Positions 18,883-30,210 are shown, counted from the first letter of the stretch. The stretch: DNA of 64,000 nucleotides from a candidate division Kazan bacterium (GCA_003647645.1 QMNG01000002.1:1151-65150), one strand, 5' to 3'. Translations and numbers: made by a program. The notes: generated by a model not told the origin, from the sequence alone.

Positions 18883-19321
18883 CATTGAAAAGCATCTGAA
18901 AGAAATATTTAGTTTTTTTGATCTTGCCCCCAGAATTGTTACTGCTCTGGATGATAAAACCATTGTGGTGGATGTGACGACCGAGCGAGATGATTTGTTT
19001 ATCAGCCACCATGCCGATCCCCTGCTTGCCCTGCAGCATCTATTGCGGTTAATTTTAAGGCGTAATTTCCCTGACGATGCAATTAATTTATCTCTGAATA
19101 TCGGAGGATTTCATCAACAGCAACGTAGTCGCTTGGCTAGTATTGCCCACAATGCTGCTAACCAAGTAAGAGAAACTGGCACTGCTGTGTATATGAAACC
19201 TATGTCTTCTTTTGAGCGTCGGTTGATTCATCTTTCTCTCGTAGAGGAAGAAGGCGTTAAAAGCGAAAGTACCGGTATAGGGGCTGGTCGACGGGTAGTA
19301 GTAAAACCAGACAAATCATAA
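18860..19321 (+). CDS. Jag/KhpB-like R3H RNA-binding protein
   Basis: LLALQHLL, PMSSFERRLIH (R3H), SESTGIGAGRRVVV; follows yidC. Confidence 0.85.
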   Translation: MNQKIKTSIEKHLKEIFSFFDLAPRIVTALDDKTIVVDVTTERDDLFISHHADPLLALQHLLRLILRRNFPDDAINLSLNIGGFHQQQRSRLASIAHNAANQVRETGTAVYMKPMSSFERRLIHLSLVEEEGVKSESTGIGAGRRVVVKPDKS

Positions 19322-19407
19322 AGCTCTGTTTTTCCTGGCAGTTTTAGTCGTGCAACTGACATTTAATGGGGGGTTGGAGATAATTTGGGATTAAGGATTT
19401 CAAAAGG

Positions 19408-19998
19408 ATGCGTACTTGGAATGAATACTATGATAAATTCACCATTGAAGATTTGCTTGGCAATCTATATGGTCAAAAAGAATTTGTCAATGAATTAGCT
19501 GGTCTTTCCTCCACATCAAAAGTTTTGGAGGTAGGCACCGGTAGCGGTACTTTTTCTATTTTTTTATCCTGGCTAGGTTTTTCTGTAACGAGTATAGACC
19601 TAGATCCCAAAGTAATTGAACAAGCCAGAGTTAATGCCCAAAAGTTTAATGCTCAAATTAATTTTCAGATTGGGGATACATTTAAACTCCCCTTCCCGGA
19701 TAATTCTTTTGATGTAGTGTTTCATCAAGGCCTGCTGGAACATTTTAGTGATGCAGATATTGGGCGAATTTTGGATGAGCAGCTGAGGGTGGCCAAACGG
19801 GTTATATTTTCGGTACCCAATAGTTTGTATCCCCGACGGGACTTTGGCAATGAGCGGCTAATGGATAAGTCGGCTTGGGAAAACATTTTAGACAAATATA
19901 AAATTATCAAAAGCCAAAATTATTCTCCCAAACGATTTCCCAAGCCATTTATTTTCCGGGGAAATATTCAATATATGGCAGTAATTGAGAAAAAGTAG
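19408..19998 (+). CDS. Class I SAM-dependent methyltransferase
   Basis: VLEVGTGSG, IDLD, GDTFKLPFPDNSFDVV, GLLEHF. Confidence 0.9.
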   Translation: MRTWNEYYDKFTIEDLLGNLYGQKEFVNELAGLSSTSKVLEVGTGSGTFSIFLSWLGFSVTSIDLDPKVIEQARVNAQKFNAQINFQIGDTFKLPFPDNSFDVVFHQGLLEHFSDADIGRILDEQLRVAKRVIFSVPNSLYPRRDFGNERLMDKSAWENILDKYKIIKSQNYSPKRFPKPFIFRGNIQYMAVIEKK

Positions 19999-20082
19999 TT
20001 TCAACCTTCTAAAATTCTTGGAAGTTTTTCTGAGCCGGTTATATTTAACGAAAATAAAGTATTATTTTCTAGGTTTTCCCCC

Positions 20083-21498
20083 ATGAGCGCTACCAAAAAA
20101 GTCGCCTACAATACAATAGTCCAAATTATAGGCAGGGGTATTATTACAGTTATATCGCTGGCAATCTTATGGTATTTGGCCCGCTACTTGGGCGTAGAGG
20201 GGTACGGTCAGTACGCGCTTATTTTTGCGTATTTATCTTTGTTTGGAGTATTGGTCGATTTTGGGTTGTTTTTAATGCAGGTTAGAGCAGTTACCAAGCA
20301 GCCTGAAAGAGAGAGCTATATTCTGGGTAACGTCTTGGGTCTTAAGCTGGCCTTGAGCGTAGTAGTTTTTGCGGCGGCTGTTGGATTTTCCTACATTCTC
20401 TATGACGATCCTCTGCTAACGACGGGGGTTCTGATTGGAACCATATCCCAAGCCGCACTTACTTTAGCGCTAGTACCAACGAGCTTGTTCCAAGCCCGAC
20501 TCCAAATGCAAAAAGTTACAGTTGTTAACATAGCCACCAGAATTTTATATTTTGGCTTGATAATTTGGGGCATTGGGGCAGATATTGGCCTGCTGGGAAT
20601 CATAGGTGTTGTAGCTCTATCCAATCTTCTGAATTTTGTTGTCCAGTGGATATGGGCGTCGAGCTTGTCTCCTTTAATTCCATTATTTGATCTTAAATAC
20701 TGGGTTTCCTTTGTACGAGAGGCCTTGCCGGTGGGGGTCGTGATTATCTTGGGAGTTATTTATTTTCGGATAGATATGATAATGCTGGGGGCTATGCAAA
20801 GCGATTATGCGATCGGCATTTATAGCGCGCCTTATAAAGTGGTGGAAGTGATTTTGACAATTCCCACTATTTTTATGAGCTCAGTGTTTCCTGTGATTAC
20901 CCAAGCGCTGGCTGAGGGCACGGACAGGGCCCGAAGGATATATAGAAAAGCTTTTGATTTTATGGGTCTGGCGGTTCTGCCTCTGGCATTTGGGGCGCTG
21001 ATGATAGGTACGCCTTTAATGGTGCTGGTAGCTGGCGCCGATTTTGCGCCATCAGGTTCTGTTTTAAAACTTTTGATTTGGGCGGTTGTTTTCTCATTTT
21101 TAATCGCTACCTTTAACTACAGTATTATTGCCGCGGACAAACAGAGGGCATTGATGTGGCCATACTTCGCGGCTACTATATTCAACGTAGTTGCCAATTT
21201 TATTGTCATTCCCCTTTATTCTTATATCGGTGCTGCCGTTACTACTATTGCTACTGAATTAATTGTCTTAATCTGGGTGGGAATCATTGCCTACAAAACA
21301 TTACGATTAGTACCTTCGTTCACAGTCTTGGGGAAATCCTTACTGGCTGCCGTTGTAATGGCGGGAGTGATTCAACTTATGGGTACAGACAGTGTTTTTG
21401 TAAATTTGGGTGTGGGGATAATAACTTACGGAGCAATGATTTTACTTTTGCGGACTGTAGACAAAAATATTTTTAAAGAGATTTTTGGCAAAGTATGA
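20083..21498 (+). CDS. Polysaccharide flippase (Wzx/MOP family)
   Basis: Many TM helices; ARYLGVEGYGQY, DFGL, IYFRIDMIML, GIYSA, GAAVTT. Confidence 0.9.
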   Translation: MSATKKVAYNTIVQIIGRGIITVISLAILWYLARYLGVEGYGQYALIFAYLSLFGVLVDFGLFLMQVRAVTKQPERESYILGNVLGLKLALSVVVFAAAVGFSYILYDDPLLTTGVLIGTISQAALTLALVPTSLFQARLQMQKVTVVNIATRILYFGLIIWGIGADIGLLGIIGVVALSNLLNFVVQWIWASSLSPLIPLFDLKYWVSFVREALPVGVVIILGVIYFRIDMIMLGAMQSDYAIGIYSAPYKVVEVILTIPTIFMSSVFPVITQALAEGTDRARRIYRKAFDFMGLAVLPLAFGALMIGTPLMVLVAGADFAPSGSVLKLLIWAVVFSFLIATFNYSIIAADKQRALMWPYFAATIFNVVANFIVIPLYSYIGAAVTTIATELIVLIWVGIIAYKTLRLVPSFTVLGKSLLAAVVMAGVIQLMGTDSVFVNLGVGIITYGAMILLLRTVDKNIFKEIFGKV

Positions 21499-22592
21499 AA
21501 ATAGCCGTGGACTTCCGCGAGGCAGTTAAGCCGAGCCGTGCTGGCAAGGGAGAATATGTTTATGAATTAATTAAGGCCTGGCTGCAGGTTATTGATAAGG
21601 ATGTTGAGTTGATATTATTGACTGGTGCCGGACAGAAAATTAACTTGCCTAAAGGCCGTTGGCGGCAAAAATCTTTTAGCCGGGGTTGGTTGTGGCACAA
21701 ACTGGTCTGGCTGTGGTTGGAATTTGCACGGCCGGTAGATTTTTATTTTGCTACTACCAGTTTTATTGTGCCCGCATTTTTGCGAAGTACCCCCGTAATA
21801 ACCACCATCTTTGATTTTACGGTTTGGCGGCACCTCTACAGCAAAACCAAAGTCAATTTATTAGAAAAAATATTAGCGGGTCCGGCTATGAGATTTTCGA
21901 GACACCTAATCGCCATATCAGAATTTACAAAGCAAGAAGCTGTCAAACTATTCAAAATCGCGCCCTCCAAAATTGATGTTATTTATCTGGGGGCGGGCAG
22001 TCAGTATAGGCCTTTTAAACTCTCTGAGGAACAAAAGCGCTCCCTGCATAGAAAATATAATTTGCCTTCTAGATTTATTCTCTATCTTGGAACGCTGGAA
22101 CCGCGAAAAAATATTTTAAATATTATCCGGGCATTTCAACAAGTTAAACCAGAAATTAAGAATACTAAATTAGTTCTGGCTGGCAGTTGGGGTTGGCAGG
22201 CCAATGAGATTAAACAGGCAATTAAAACCCACGAGGTTATTCACATCGGATATGTGGAATATTCTGACAAGCCAGCAATATATAATCTGGCCTCGGTCTT
22301 CGTGTTTCCCTCTTATTACGAGGGTTTTGGTCTCCCCCCCTTGGAAGCTATGGCCTGCGGTATTCCCACAATCGTCAGCGATGCAGCTTCCCTTCCAGAA
22401 ATAGTGGAGGACGCAGCCATTGTAGTTGCTCCCAACGATGCTGAAGGGATGGCCAGACAAATAAAAGAAATTTTGAGTAATACAATTTTTAGCCGTCGAC
22501 TTCATGCCAAGGGCATAGAACGAGCCAAACAATTTAATTGGAAAGATACAGCCCAACAAACACAGGCAGTATTTAAAAAGCAATCTTGGTAG
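21495..22592 (+). CDS. Glycosyltransferase family 4
   Basis: GTLEPRKN, FVFPSYYEGFGLPPLEAMACG. Confidence 0.93.
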   Translation: MKIAVDFREAVKPSRAGKGEYVYELIKAWLQVIDKDVELILLTGAGQKINLPKGRWRQKSFSRGWLWHKLVWLWLEFARPVDFYFATTSFIVPAFLRSTPVITTIFDFTVWRHLYSKTKVNLLEKILAGPAMRFSRHLIAISEFTKQEAVKLFKIAPSKIDVIYLGAGSQYRPFKLSEEQKRSLHRKYNLPSRFILYLGTLEPRKNILNIIRAFQQVKPEIKNTKLVLAGSWGWQANEIKQAIKTHEVIHIGYVEYSDKPAIYNLASVFVFPSYYEGFGLPPLEAMACGIPTIVSDAASLPEIVEDAAIVVAPNDAEGMARQIKEILSNTIFSRRLHAKGIERAKQFNWKDTAQQTQAVFKKQSW

Positions 22593-22601
22593 AATAGGTT
22601 C

Positions 22602-23780
22602 ATGGATAAGCTTTTGTTTTGGATAATTTTTACCGGGATTATAGTCGGCCAGCTTGTGCAGATCTCTTTTGGGGGAAGAGACGCTCCGGTTTTAGATTTA
22701 GCGGTGGTAATTGCAGTTGTAATCGGGGGTTACCATCTTCTGAATTCCGGCAAGTATCGAGGCATGCTCAAGTTACCAGTATTTCGGGCCTTTTGGGTAC
22801 TTGTTGGTGTATTTTTGATTTCTCTAGCGGCTAATTTAACTAATTTTTCAATTAGTGAGCTGGCTTTATCGTTTCTATTTTGGCTTCGGTTTGTAGCATA
22901 TGGCTCATTGATATTTATTTTTTATCGTATTGTTGATAAAAATAGTCTGAACAAATTCAGACAGTGGTTAATCTGGTTATTTGTCGTAATTGCCGTACTG
23001 GGATTTGTACAACTGGGAATTTTCCCCAGTTTAGAGATTGGAGAATATTTGGGTTGGGATCCACATCGGGGCCGGTTGTTCTCTACCTTTTTAGACCCCA
23101 ATTTTGTTGGTGTATTTCTAAGTCTGGGATTAGGTTGGGTGCTTATTTTTTCCCCCCGAACCAAGAAGGGGGGGACATATCTGGGATATCTGTTGGCTGT
23201 TGTTCTGGTTGGTTCCGCAATTTTATTTACCTTTTCCAGAAGTGCTTTTTTGGCGGCAATAATCATCGTTGCAATTATTACTTTACTTCGAAGACAACAA
23301 TTCTTTTGGATATTTCTTGGTATTTTGATAGTTGCTTTAGCTGTTTCTCCCCGAGTTCAAGAACGTGTGGCAGGGGTCTTTGCATTGGATGACACAGCCA
23401 TCCATCGAATTGTATCTTGGCAAGAGGGACTCAAAACAGTGGCAGAGCACCCCTGGCTTGGCGTTGGTTACAATACGTTGCCGTTCCGCGAGGATACCCC
23501 TGCCCAGGGTCGGTCTGACAGTGGCTTTGACAGTAGCTTGTTAACGGTTGCGGCCACGACTGGTCTTTTGGGTCTTTTATCTTTTTTGTGGTTCGTAATT
23601 ACAGCGTTGAAAACAACCTGGAGAGGAATATCTAAGCCCCAGTTAACTTTTAACTTCTGGTTTATAACAGCTACTGGGGGATTGTTGGTTGGCTCTCTGT
23701 TTCTTAACGCTTGGTTTTATCCCCCAATTTTGGCCTTATGGTTTATAATGCTCGGTTTAAGCTTAAAAGAGAATGATTAG
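22602..23780 (+). CDS. O-antigen ligase/Wzy_C family membrane protein
   Basis: Polytopic; RLFSTFLDPN, TFSRSA, RIVSW, HPWLGVGYN. Confidence 0.82.
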   Translation: MDKLLFWIIFTGIIVGQLVQISFGGRDAPVLDLAVVIAVVIGGYHLLNSGKYRGMLKLPVFRAFWVLVGVFLISLAANLTNFSISELALSFLFWLRFVAYGSLIFIFYRIVDKNSLNKFRQWLIWLFVVIAVLGFVQLGIFPSLEIGEYLGWDPHRGRLFSTFLDPNFVGVFLSLGLGWVLIFSPRTKKGGTYLGYLLAVVLVGSAILFTFSRSAFLAAIIIVAIITLLRRQQFFWIFLGILIVALAVSPRVQERVAGVFALDDTAIHRIVSWQEGLKTVAEHPWLGVGYNTLPFREDTPAQGRSDSGFDSSLLTVAATTGLLGLLSFLWFVITALKTTWRGISKPQLTFNFWFITATGGLLVGSLFLNAWFYPPILALWFIMLGLSLKEND

Positions 23781-25050
23781 CGGATTAATAGTATTAGTGA
23801 TTCTTGCCTTTGTGGCTTTGGCGTGGTGGAGACCGCCGATTGGTCTATGGTTGATTTTTTTGCTGTTACCAACATATTTAGTTCGGTTTGATGTCGTATC
23901 TGTCCCCACTACTCTGCTGGAGGTTTTGATATATCTGTTGGCAGTAATCTTTATTATTAAAAATCGTAGAAAATTTTTGGGTTTAATTGGGAGAGCACTC
24001 CAACCTATTTGGCTGCCGCTAGTTTTTTTGTTTCTCGGTTTGACTATAGGTGTGATTGTAACCCCTGATTTGCGTTTGGCGCTTGGGATTTTGAAAGGTT
24101 GGTTTATTGATCCGGTTATTCTATACATTTTGGTAGTCAATTTAATTGATTGGCACAAAATCCGACATTTTATCTTTGCCCTGGTGCTCTCGATTCTGCC
24201 TATTGGAGCAATGGCATTGTGGCAGGTAGCAACCAATAATTTTATTACAGTTGACGGTCGGGCAAGCGCCTGGTTTGTGTCAGGCAATTATCTGTCAATG
24301 TATTTAGTACCGGTTATGTTGCTGGGTTTAATTTTGGTGGCGGACAAGTACAGGCCCTACAAGTGGGCAACCGGTGCAATTTTGGTTGTTAGTTTGGTCG
24401 CTCTCTTTTTTTCCTATTCATATGGCGGCTGGCTGGCACTGACTGCGGGCTTGATTGTGTTAGGCATTTTGCGCTCGATCAAAAGCTGGAAGTTATGGAT
24501 AGGGGGGGCAATAGTTTTGGCGGTTGCTGTCTTCACTCAATTTGGAAACGAGAAGTTTATGCGGATACTAGATCTGGGCGAAAAATCATCCTTTAGCGTA
24601 CGTCTTCAGGTTTGGCAGACCAGTCTTTTAATGGTTAAAGAGAACTGGCTGACCGGTATCGGTCTAGGCCAGTTCCGTGATCGATATTTGGACTTTGCCA
24701 GCCGTCTTTTTTCTCCTCCGTTGGAATTGGCTATTCTTCATGCCCATAACCTCTATCTCCAGTTTTGGATAAACACCGGGTTGATAGGGTTAGTTGGATT
24801 AGTGTGGTTGATAATTAAATTTTTTGCTTGGTTAAAAAGCAATATCAGTCTTCAAAGTGCAATCCTGGCTTCTGCTATGGTGTCAATTTTAGCCCACGGT
24901 CTGTTAGATACCACCTATTGGAAAAATGATTTGTCTGCCCTTTTTTGGATAATCATTGCTTTGGCCTTTTTGCAACACCAAGAATTATCCGGTAATTTAG
25001 ACAATTTTTTCAAAAGTAAATTCTGCAAGGTTTCGTCTGAAGAAAAATAA
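23773..25050 (+). CDS. O-antigen ligase/Wzy_C family membrane protein
   Basis: Polytopic; SYSYGGW, RLQVW, TGIGLGQF, HAHNLYLQ. Confidence 0.87.
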   Translation: MISGLIVLVILAFVALAWWRPPIGLWLIFLLLPTYLVRFDVVSVPTTLLEVLIYLLAVIFIIKNRRKFLGLIGRALQPIWLPLVFLFLGLTIGVIVTPDLRLALGILKGWFIDPVILYILVVNLIDWHKIRHFIFALVLSILPIGAMALWQVATNNFITVDGRASAWFVSGNYLSMYLVPVMLLGLILVADKYRPYKWATGAILVVSLVALFFSYSYGGWLALTAGLIVLGILRSIKSWKLWIGGAIVLAVAVFTQFGNEKFMRILDLGEKSSFSVRLQVWQTSLLMVKENWLTGIGLGQFRDRYLDFASRLFSPPLELAILHAHNLYLQFWINTGLIGLVGLVWLIIKFFAWLKSNISLQSAILASAMVSILAHGLLDTTYWKNDLSALFWIIIALAFLQHQELSGNLDNFFKSKFCKVSSEEK

Positions 25051-25126
25051 CTATCATGATTTATAAAAAGCAATATTCATACAACTAATATAGAAGTGGA
25101 AGCTTTGAGTTTTCTCTTTCGAGCAA

Positions 25127-26281
25127 ATGAATAAAAGTTCGTATCGCATAGGAATTGATGCCAGGCTTTTTGGGACCAGGCAGGCAGCGGGGATTGGCAT
25201 TTGGGTCGAAGAATTAATTGGCCATCTTCTTAAGCTGGATAAAGTGAATCAGTATATTGCCATTATGTTGCCCGAGACAGCTGAGTTTTTTCCGTTCTAT
25301 GCCAATAATCTCAAAAAACAAATTGTTCGATTTCCCCACTATACGTATAGTGAACAGTTTTTATATCCCCGAATCCTAAAAAAAATGAAGTTGGATTTAA
25401 TTCACTATACCAACTTTAATACCCCTATATTTTTTAAAGGTACAAAAAGTATTGTGAGCATTTATGATCTGACTTTGTGGTTTTACCCCGGTCGGAAACA
25501 ACGCAGTTGGTTTAGACGTATGATCTACCGTTATGTTATGAAAAAGTCATGTGAAAATGCCTCGCGAATTATTGCTATTTCTAACAAGACCAAACAAGAT
25601 ATTATTAAATTCATCAATATAGACCCCAGCAAAATAGATGTGGTCTATGCAGCTGCCCCCAAGCGCCGTAAAGTAGCAATTGATGCCCGCAGGGCCGATC
25701 AAATATTTTCTAAGCATAATATCTCCCGTCCTTTCTTTTTGTATGTGGGGCAGTGGCGTCAGCACAAGAATCTGGTTCGGTTAATTCGGGCCTTCGCATT
25801 ATTAAAGCGCCAATATAATCTTGATTACCAGCTTGTATTAGTGGGGCAAGTAGACGAGTATGCTTCGGAAATCCCTCGGGTCATCAAACAACTTGGACTC
25901 CAAGACAGCGTTATTACCACCGGCTATATTTCAGACAATAATCTTTCGATATTTTATGATAGAGCGGAAATTTTCGTGTTTCCTTCTCTGTATGAGGGAT
26001 TTGGTATCCCTCCCTTAGAAGCCATGTCAGCTGGAACCCCTGTAATCTCTTCTAATGCTTCTGTGATGCCGGAAGTGTTAGGCGATGCAGCTGTGTACTT
26101 TGATCCGACTAATATTAAAGATATGGCCGATACGATGTATAAAGTTGCATCTAGTTTTACTATTAAAAAACAACTTAAAGACAAGGGTTTTAAACAAATA
26201 AAAAAATATTCCTATACTAAAATGGCTAGAGAAATTCTGGCTATTTATAAGAAAGTTTTAGCAGAGCCGTCTAATACTTAG
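25127..26281 (+). CDS. Glycosyltransferase family 4
   Basis: IGIDAR, HKNL, FVFPSLYEGFGIPPLEAM. Confidence 0.93.
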   Translation: MNKSSYRIGIDARLFGTRQAAGIGIWVEELIGHLLKLDKVNQYIAIMLPETAEFFPFYANNLKKQIVRFPHYTYSEQFLYPRILKKMKLDLIHYTNFNTPIFFKGTKSIVSIYDLTLWFYPGRKQRSWFRRMIYRYVMKKSCENASRIIAISNKTKQDIIKFINIDPSKIDVVYAAAPKRRKVAIDARRADQIFSKHNISRPFFLYVGQWRQHKNLVRLIRAFALLKRQYNLDYQLVLVGQVDEYASEIPRVIKQLGLQDSVITTGYISDNNLSIFYDRAEIFVFPSLYEGFGIPPLEAMSAGTPVISSNASVMPEVLGDAAVYFDPTNIKDMADTMYKVASSFTIKKQLKDKGFKQIKKYSYTKMAREILAIYKKVLAEPSNT

Positions 26282-26350
26282 TACAATAAAAACTGTGAAA
26301 CTCTAGTATAATAGCTTGTTATATAAAAATATTACTTAACAGCTGAACCT

Positions 26351-28357
26351 ATGGATTTAATCACTTCAAGCCTACTGTTTGCCACCATTGCCGGTGTTGT
26401 AGCTATTATATTTGCATTTGTTCTAGTCGTTTGGGTATTGTCCCGGCCAACAGGTAATGACAAAACAAGGGAAATCGCCCAGGCCATTCAAGAAGGAGCA
26501 GCCGCCTACATGAAACGGCAGTATTCGACCATTGCTGTTGTGGCAGTTGTTTTGGCTGTTGTTTTATATTTTTTGATGGGGCCAATAACAGCCGTTGGAT
26601 TTTTGGTAGGTGCTATTTTATCCGGTTTAGCTGGTTTTATTGGTATGTATGTTTCTGTCCGGGCTAATGTCAGGACTGCGGTTGCAGCTGAGAGAGGGCT
26701 TGCCCCGGCCTTTGATTTAGCATTCAAAGGCGGGACGATTACGGGTTTGTTCGTGGTTGGGTTGGGGTTGCTGGGTGTAGTTGTCTTTTATTGGCTGACT
26801 CGTGATGTTACCGCTCTAATTGGCTTAGGATTTGGAGGAAGCTTGATCTCTATTTTTGCGCGTTTAGGCGGAGGAATATTTACAAAAGGTGCAGATGTAG
26901 GTGCTGATCTGGTCGGTAAAATCGAAGCCGGCATTCCTGAGGATGATCCCAGAAACCCTGCTGTTATTGCTGATAACGTGGGCGACAATGTCGGCGATTG
27001 TGCGGGTATGGCCGCCGATTTGTTTGAAACCTATGCGGTTACCGCCGTTGCAGTTATGCTGTTGGCTACCCTGCTGTTTGCCGGCAGCCAGGAGCTGATA
27101 GTTTATCCTCTGGTTATTGGAGGCATCTCAATTATTTCAACTATCGTTGCTACATTTTTTGTGCGTTTGGGTAAAAGTAAAAACATTATGGGGGCTTTGT
27201 ATAAAGGTCTGATAGCCAGTGGTATTCTTTCGGCGGCTGGATTCTATTTTGTAACTAAATATCTTTTGGCCGATATTGCTGGACTGAACTATCTTAATGT
27301 CTTTTATGCCACCTTAGTGGGACTGGGTGTTACAGCTCTGCTTATTGTTATTACGGAGTACTATACCTCTACGCGATACAATCCAGTTCAGTCCATTGCT
27401 CAAGCTTCAGAAACGGGACACGGTACAAATGTTATCTCGGGGTTGGCAGTGGGAATGAAGTCTACTGCACTGCCGGTTTTGGTAATAGTGGCGGCTATTT
27501 GGGGTTCGTTCGCGCTGGCTGGTTTGTTGGGTGTGGCTATGGCGGCGATGAGTATGCTTTCAATGGTCGGTATCATCGTGGCTCTGGACGCCTATGGTCC
27601 GATTACCGATAACGCGGGGGGTATTGCTGAAATGTCGGGGGCCGACGAAAAAGTGCGCCGGATCACTGACCCCCTCGATGCGGTTGGCAACACCACTAAA
27701 GCGGTCACCAAGGGTTATGCGATTGGTTCCGCGGCGCTGGCGGCTATCGTTTTGTTTACAGCTTTTGCCGAGGACTTAGCCAGAATTACGGGAGAAGCCA
27801 CGGAATTTTTGTTGGGCGACCCTTTAGTATTAATTGGATTGTTTATTGGTGGTATGCTCCCCTATCTTTTTGCCTCGTTGGCCATGGAAACAGTGAGCAA
27901 AGCTGCTTCAGCCATAGTTAAAGAAGTTCGGCATCAATTCAAAACTATTGAAGGTCTAATGGAAGGCCGAGCTAAACCCAATTATGCCAAAGCTGTAGAT
28001 TTACTAACCAAAACTGCAATTCGCGAAATGGTTGTGCCTGCCTTACTACCGGTTGTGGTTCCAATTTTAGTTGGGTGGTTGTTGGGCCCCAAGGCGCTGG
28101 GAGGCTTGCTGGTGGGTGTAATTGTAACCGGTATATTTTTAGCAGTTTCAATGACAACTGGCGGTGCCGCTTGGGATAATGCCAAGAAATATATTGAGGA
28201 TGGCAAGCTTGGGGGCAAAGGTTCGAAGGCCCACGCTGCCGCTGTAACCGGAGACACAGTTGGCGACCCGTATAAGGACACCGCTGGCCCAGCCATCAAT
28301 CCTATGATTAAAATCGCTAATATCGTAGCCTTACTTATTATTGGAGTTTTATTCTAA
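26351..28357 (+). CDS. hppA: Membrane-bound ion-translocating pyrophosphatase
   Basis: [59 protein letters not shown]. Confidence 0.96.
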   Translation: MDLITSSLLFATIAGVVAIIFAFVLVVWVLSRPTGNDKTREIAQAIQEGAAAYMKRQYSTIAVVAVVLAVVLYFLMGPITAVGFLVGAILSGLAGFIGMYVSVRANVRTAVAAERGLAPAFDLAFKGGTITGLFVVGLGLLGVVVFYWLTRDVTALIGLGFGGSLISIFARLGGGIFTKGADVGADLVGKIEAGIPEDDPRNPAVIADNVGDNVGDCAGMAADLFETYAVTAVAVMLLATLLFAGSQELIVYPLVIGGISIISTIVATFFVRLGKSKNIMGALYKGLIASGILSAAGFYFVTKYLLADIAGLNYLNVFYATLVGLGVTALLIVITEYYTSTRYNPVQSIAQASETGHGTNVISGLAVGMKSTALPVLVIVAAIWGSFALAGLLGVAMAAMSMLSMVGIIVALDAYGPITDNAGGIAEMSGADEKVRRITDPLDAVGNTTKAVTKGYAIGSAALAAIVLFTAFAEDLARITGEATEFLLGDPLVLIGLFIGGMLPYLFASLAMETVSKAASAIVKEVRHQFKTIEGLMEGRAKPNYAKAVDLLTKTAIREMVVPALLPVVVPILVGWLLGPKALGGLLVGVIVTGIFLAVSMTTGGAAWDNAKKYIEDGKLGGKGSKAHAAAVTGDTVGDPYKDTAGPAINPMIKIANIVALLIIGVLF

Positions 28358-28373
28358 AACTATCTAGTCTCTT

Positions 28374-28595
28374 ATGGGGGCAAACAACTTATTATCGGCG
28401 GCCCTGAAAAAGGGCGATCAAGAGGATATCTTGGTATTTGAAAACGGGAGGGAACTTCCCCTAGGCCGGTCGTTACCCTATGAGAATGGCACAGAGATGC
28501 TTATTCATATAGTTCCCAAACAGAAACAGGATGTAACAGACGACAAGACCTTGGCAAAACATATTTTGCAGGAAATTCTCGATGGCGGGAGCTAA
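28374..28595 (+). CDS. Small hypothetical protein
   Basis: 73-aa ORF filling the gap and overlapping the next gene; ends in amphipathic LAKHILQEIL. Confidence 0.6.
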   Translation: MGANNLLSAALKKGDQEDILVFENGRELPLGRSLPYENGTEMLIHIVPKQKQDVTDDKTLAKHILQEILDGGS

Positions 28596-30069
28596 ACTAC
28601 AAACTATTTATGGGAATTTAATCCGTTTATTTTGGGGACTGGTAATTAGTGTTGGCGTACTGATACTATTGGGGGCAGGGGTATTCTTGGGATTTGATTA
28701 TATTTATGCTGGGCGGGTGTTACCTGGCGTCCATTTTCTGGATGTGGATTTAGGAGGAATGACACATGGGGAAGTGTTGGAGGCAGTGGATGCGCGCGTG
28801 GATACCACTGATGTCTCTCCCCTTCAGCTGGAGTTTGATGGTTTGGTTTGGGAGATGAACCCAAGCAAATTCGGTTTTGAGATTAACATTAACCAATTGG
28901 CCAAGCAGGCCTTGGCAGTCGGTCGACGCTCCAACCTTCTCGATAAGATTATTGAGCGAGGTGCTTCTGTACTTGGCTTTGCCCAGCCGATTGTCAGTAA
29001 AGTAGATCTTGTAGAAACCTTTAATAAAGATACTTTAGCAAAATATTTAAGGTTGATTTATGACGAAATAGCCCAACCAAGCCAAAATGCAGTGTTTGTT
29101 CGCAATGGTGACAGGGTAACAGAGTTCATTGCACCCCAAAACGGCCAAGAGTTAGATATTAAAAAAACAATTTTGTTGATTACCCATAATGTGCTCAATC
29201 CTAACCGACGGATCATATTGCCAGTTACAATTACCAAACCCCGGATTACGTTGGCTCAGGCTAATGATTTAGGCATAACTACGCTAATGGCCCGGGGTGT
29301 TTCTGACTTTTCGGGTAGCCCCCCAAACCGCCGCCACAACATCGCGGTCGGTGCTGCTCGTTTTGATGGAGTTCTTATTCCCCCCGGGAAAAAATTCTCT
29401 TTTCTTAAAACACTAGGCAATGTTAACGCCAGCACCGGTTATCTGCCCGAGCTGGTGATTAAGGGTGATGAAACTATTCCTGAGTACGGCGGAGGTTTGT
29501 GCCAGGTGTCAACAACTGCTTTTCGGGCTATTCTCAATAGCGGACTGCCTGTAAATGCTCGGCGCAACCACTCTTATCGAGTGGTTTATTATGAACCTGC
29601 GGGAACGGACGCAACCATCTATCAGCCGTATCCGGATTTACAATTTACCAACGACACTGAAGCATATATTATGATGGACACTTATATTAAGGGGAATCAA
29701 TTGTTTTTCGATTTTTATGGCGCCGAAACTGGCCGGAAAGTGAAGCTCGACGGCCCCTATATCTTTAATGTCACTACCTATCCGGAACCGATATATATAG
29801 ACACTTCCACTATCCCAGTCGGTGAAATTCAGCAAGTTGATTCGGCCCACCGAGGGGCCGATGCGGTTCTGTATCGTAAGATTTATGATAAAGATGGTAA
29901 ACTGATATCTAAAGATACTTTTAATAGCCACTATATTCCTTGGCCGGCCAAGTATTTAAGAGGCGTGGAAGAAGCGCCACCGGTAGAAGCAGATTTGGAG
30001 AATGTCTTGCCGGATGAGGCTGCTTCAGAAGAAGCTAAGGTTGATCCCATAAATACAGGGAATGAATAA
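28582..30069 (+). CDS. VanW family protein with N-terminal TM and putative peptidoglycan-binding region
   Basis: NRRHNI, FSFLKTLG, GGGLCQVSTT, RRNHS, GTDATIY, DLQFTN. Confidence 0.9.
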   Translation: MAGAKLQTIYGNLIRLFWGLVISVGVLILLGAGVFLGFDYIYAGRVLPGVHFLDVDLGGMTHGEVLEAVDARVDTTDVSPLQLEFDGLVWEMNPSKFGFEININQLAKQALAVGRRSNLLDKIIERGASVLGFAQPIVSKVDLVETFNKDTLAKYLRLIYDEIAQPSQNAVFVRNGDRVTEFIAPQNGQELDIKKTILLITHNVLNPNRRIILPVTITKPRITLAQANDLGITTLMARGVSDFSGSPPNRRHNIAVGAARFDGVLIPPGKKFSFLKTLGNVNASTGYLPELVIKGDETIPEYGGGLCQVSTTAFRAILNSGLPVNARRNHSYRVVYYEPAGTDATIYQPYPDLQFTNDTEAYIMMDTYIKGNQLFFDFYGAETGRKVKLDGPYIFNVTTYPEPIYIDTSTIPVGEIQQVDSAHRGADAVLYRKIYDKDGKLISKDTFNSHYIPWPAKYLRGVEEAPPVEADLENVLPDEAASEEAKVDPINTGNE

Positions 30070-30153
30070 TGAATGATGAATTATGAATCAGGGGAAAACA
30101 GAGAAAAACTAAAAGAAAACCAAGAGAAAACCAATAAAAAATAATAATACTTT

Positions 30154-30210
30154 CTGATCCTATCGAAGGACTCCCCCCGTCATTCCCGCGCAGGCGGGAA
30201 TCCAGAAAAG
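30154..30210. repeat. Composite REP-like element with GTCATTCCCGCGCAGGCGGGAATCCAG palindrome
   Basis: ATTCCC-N8-GGGAAT hairpin at 30182-30201, preceded by degenerate CTGATCCTATCGAAGG. Confidence 0.75.
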
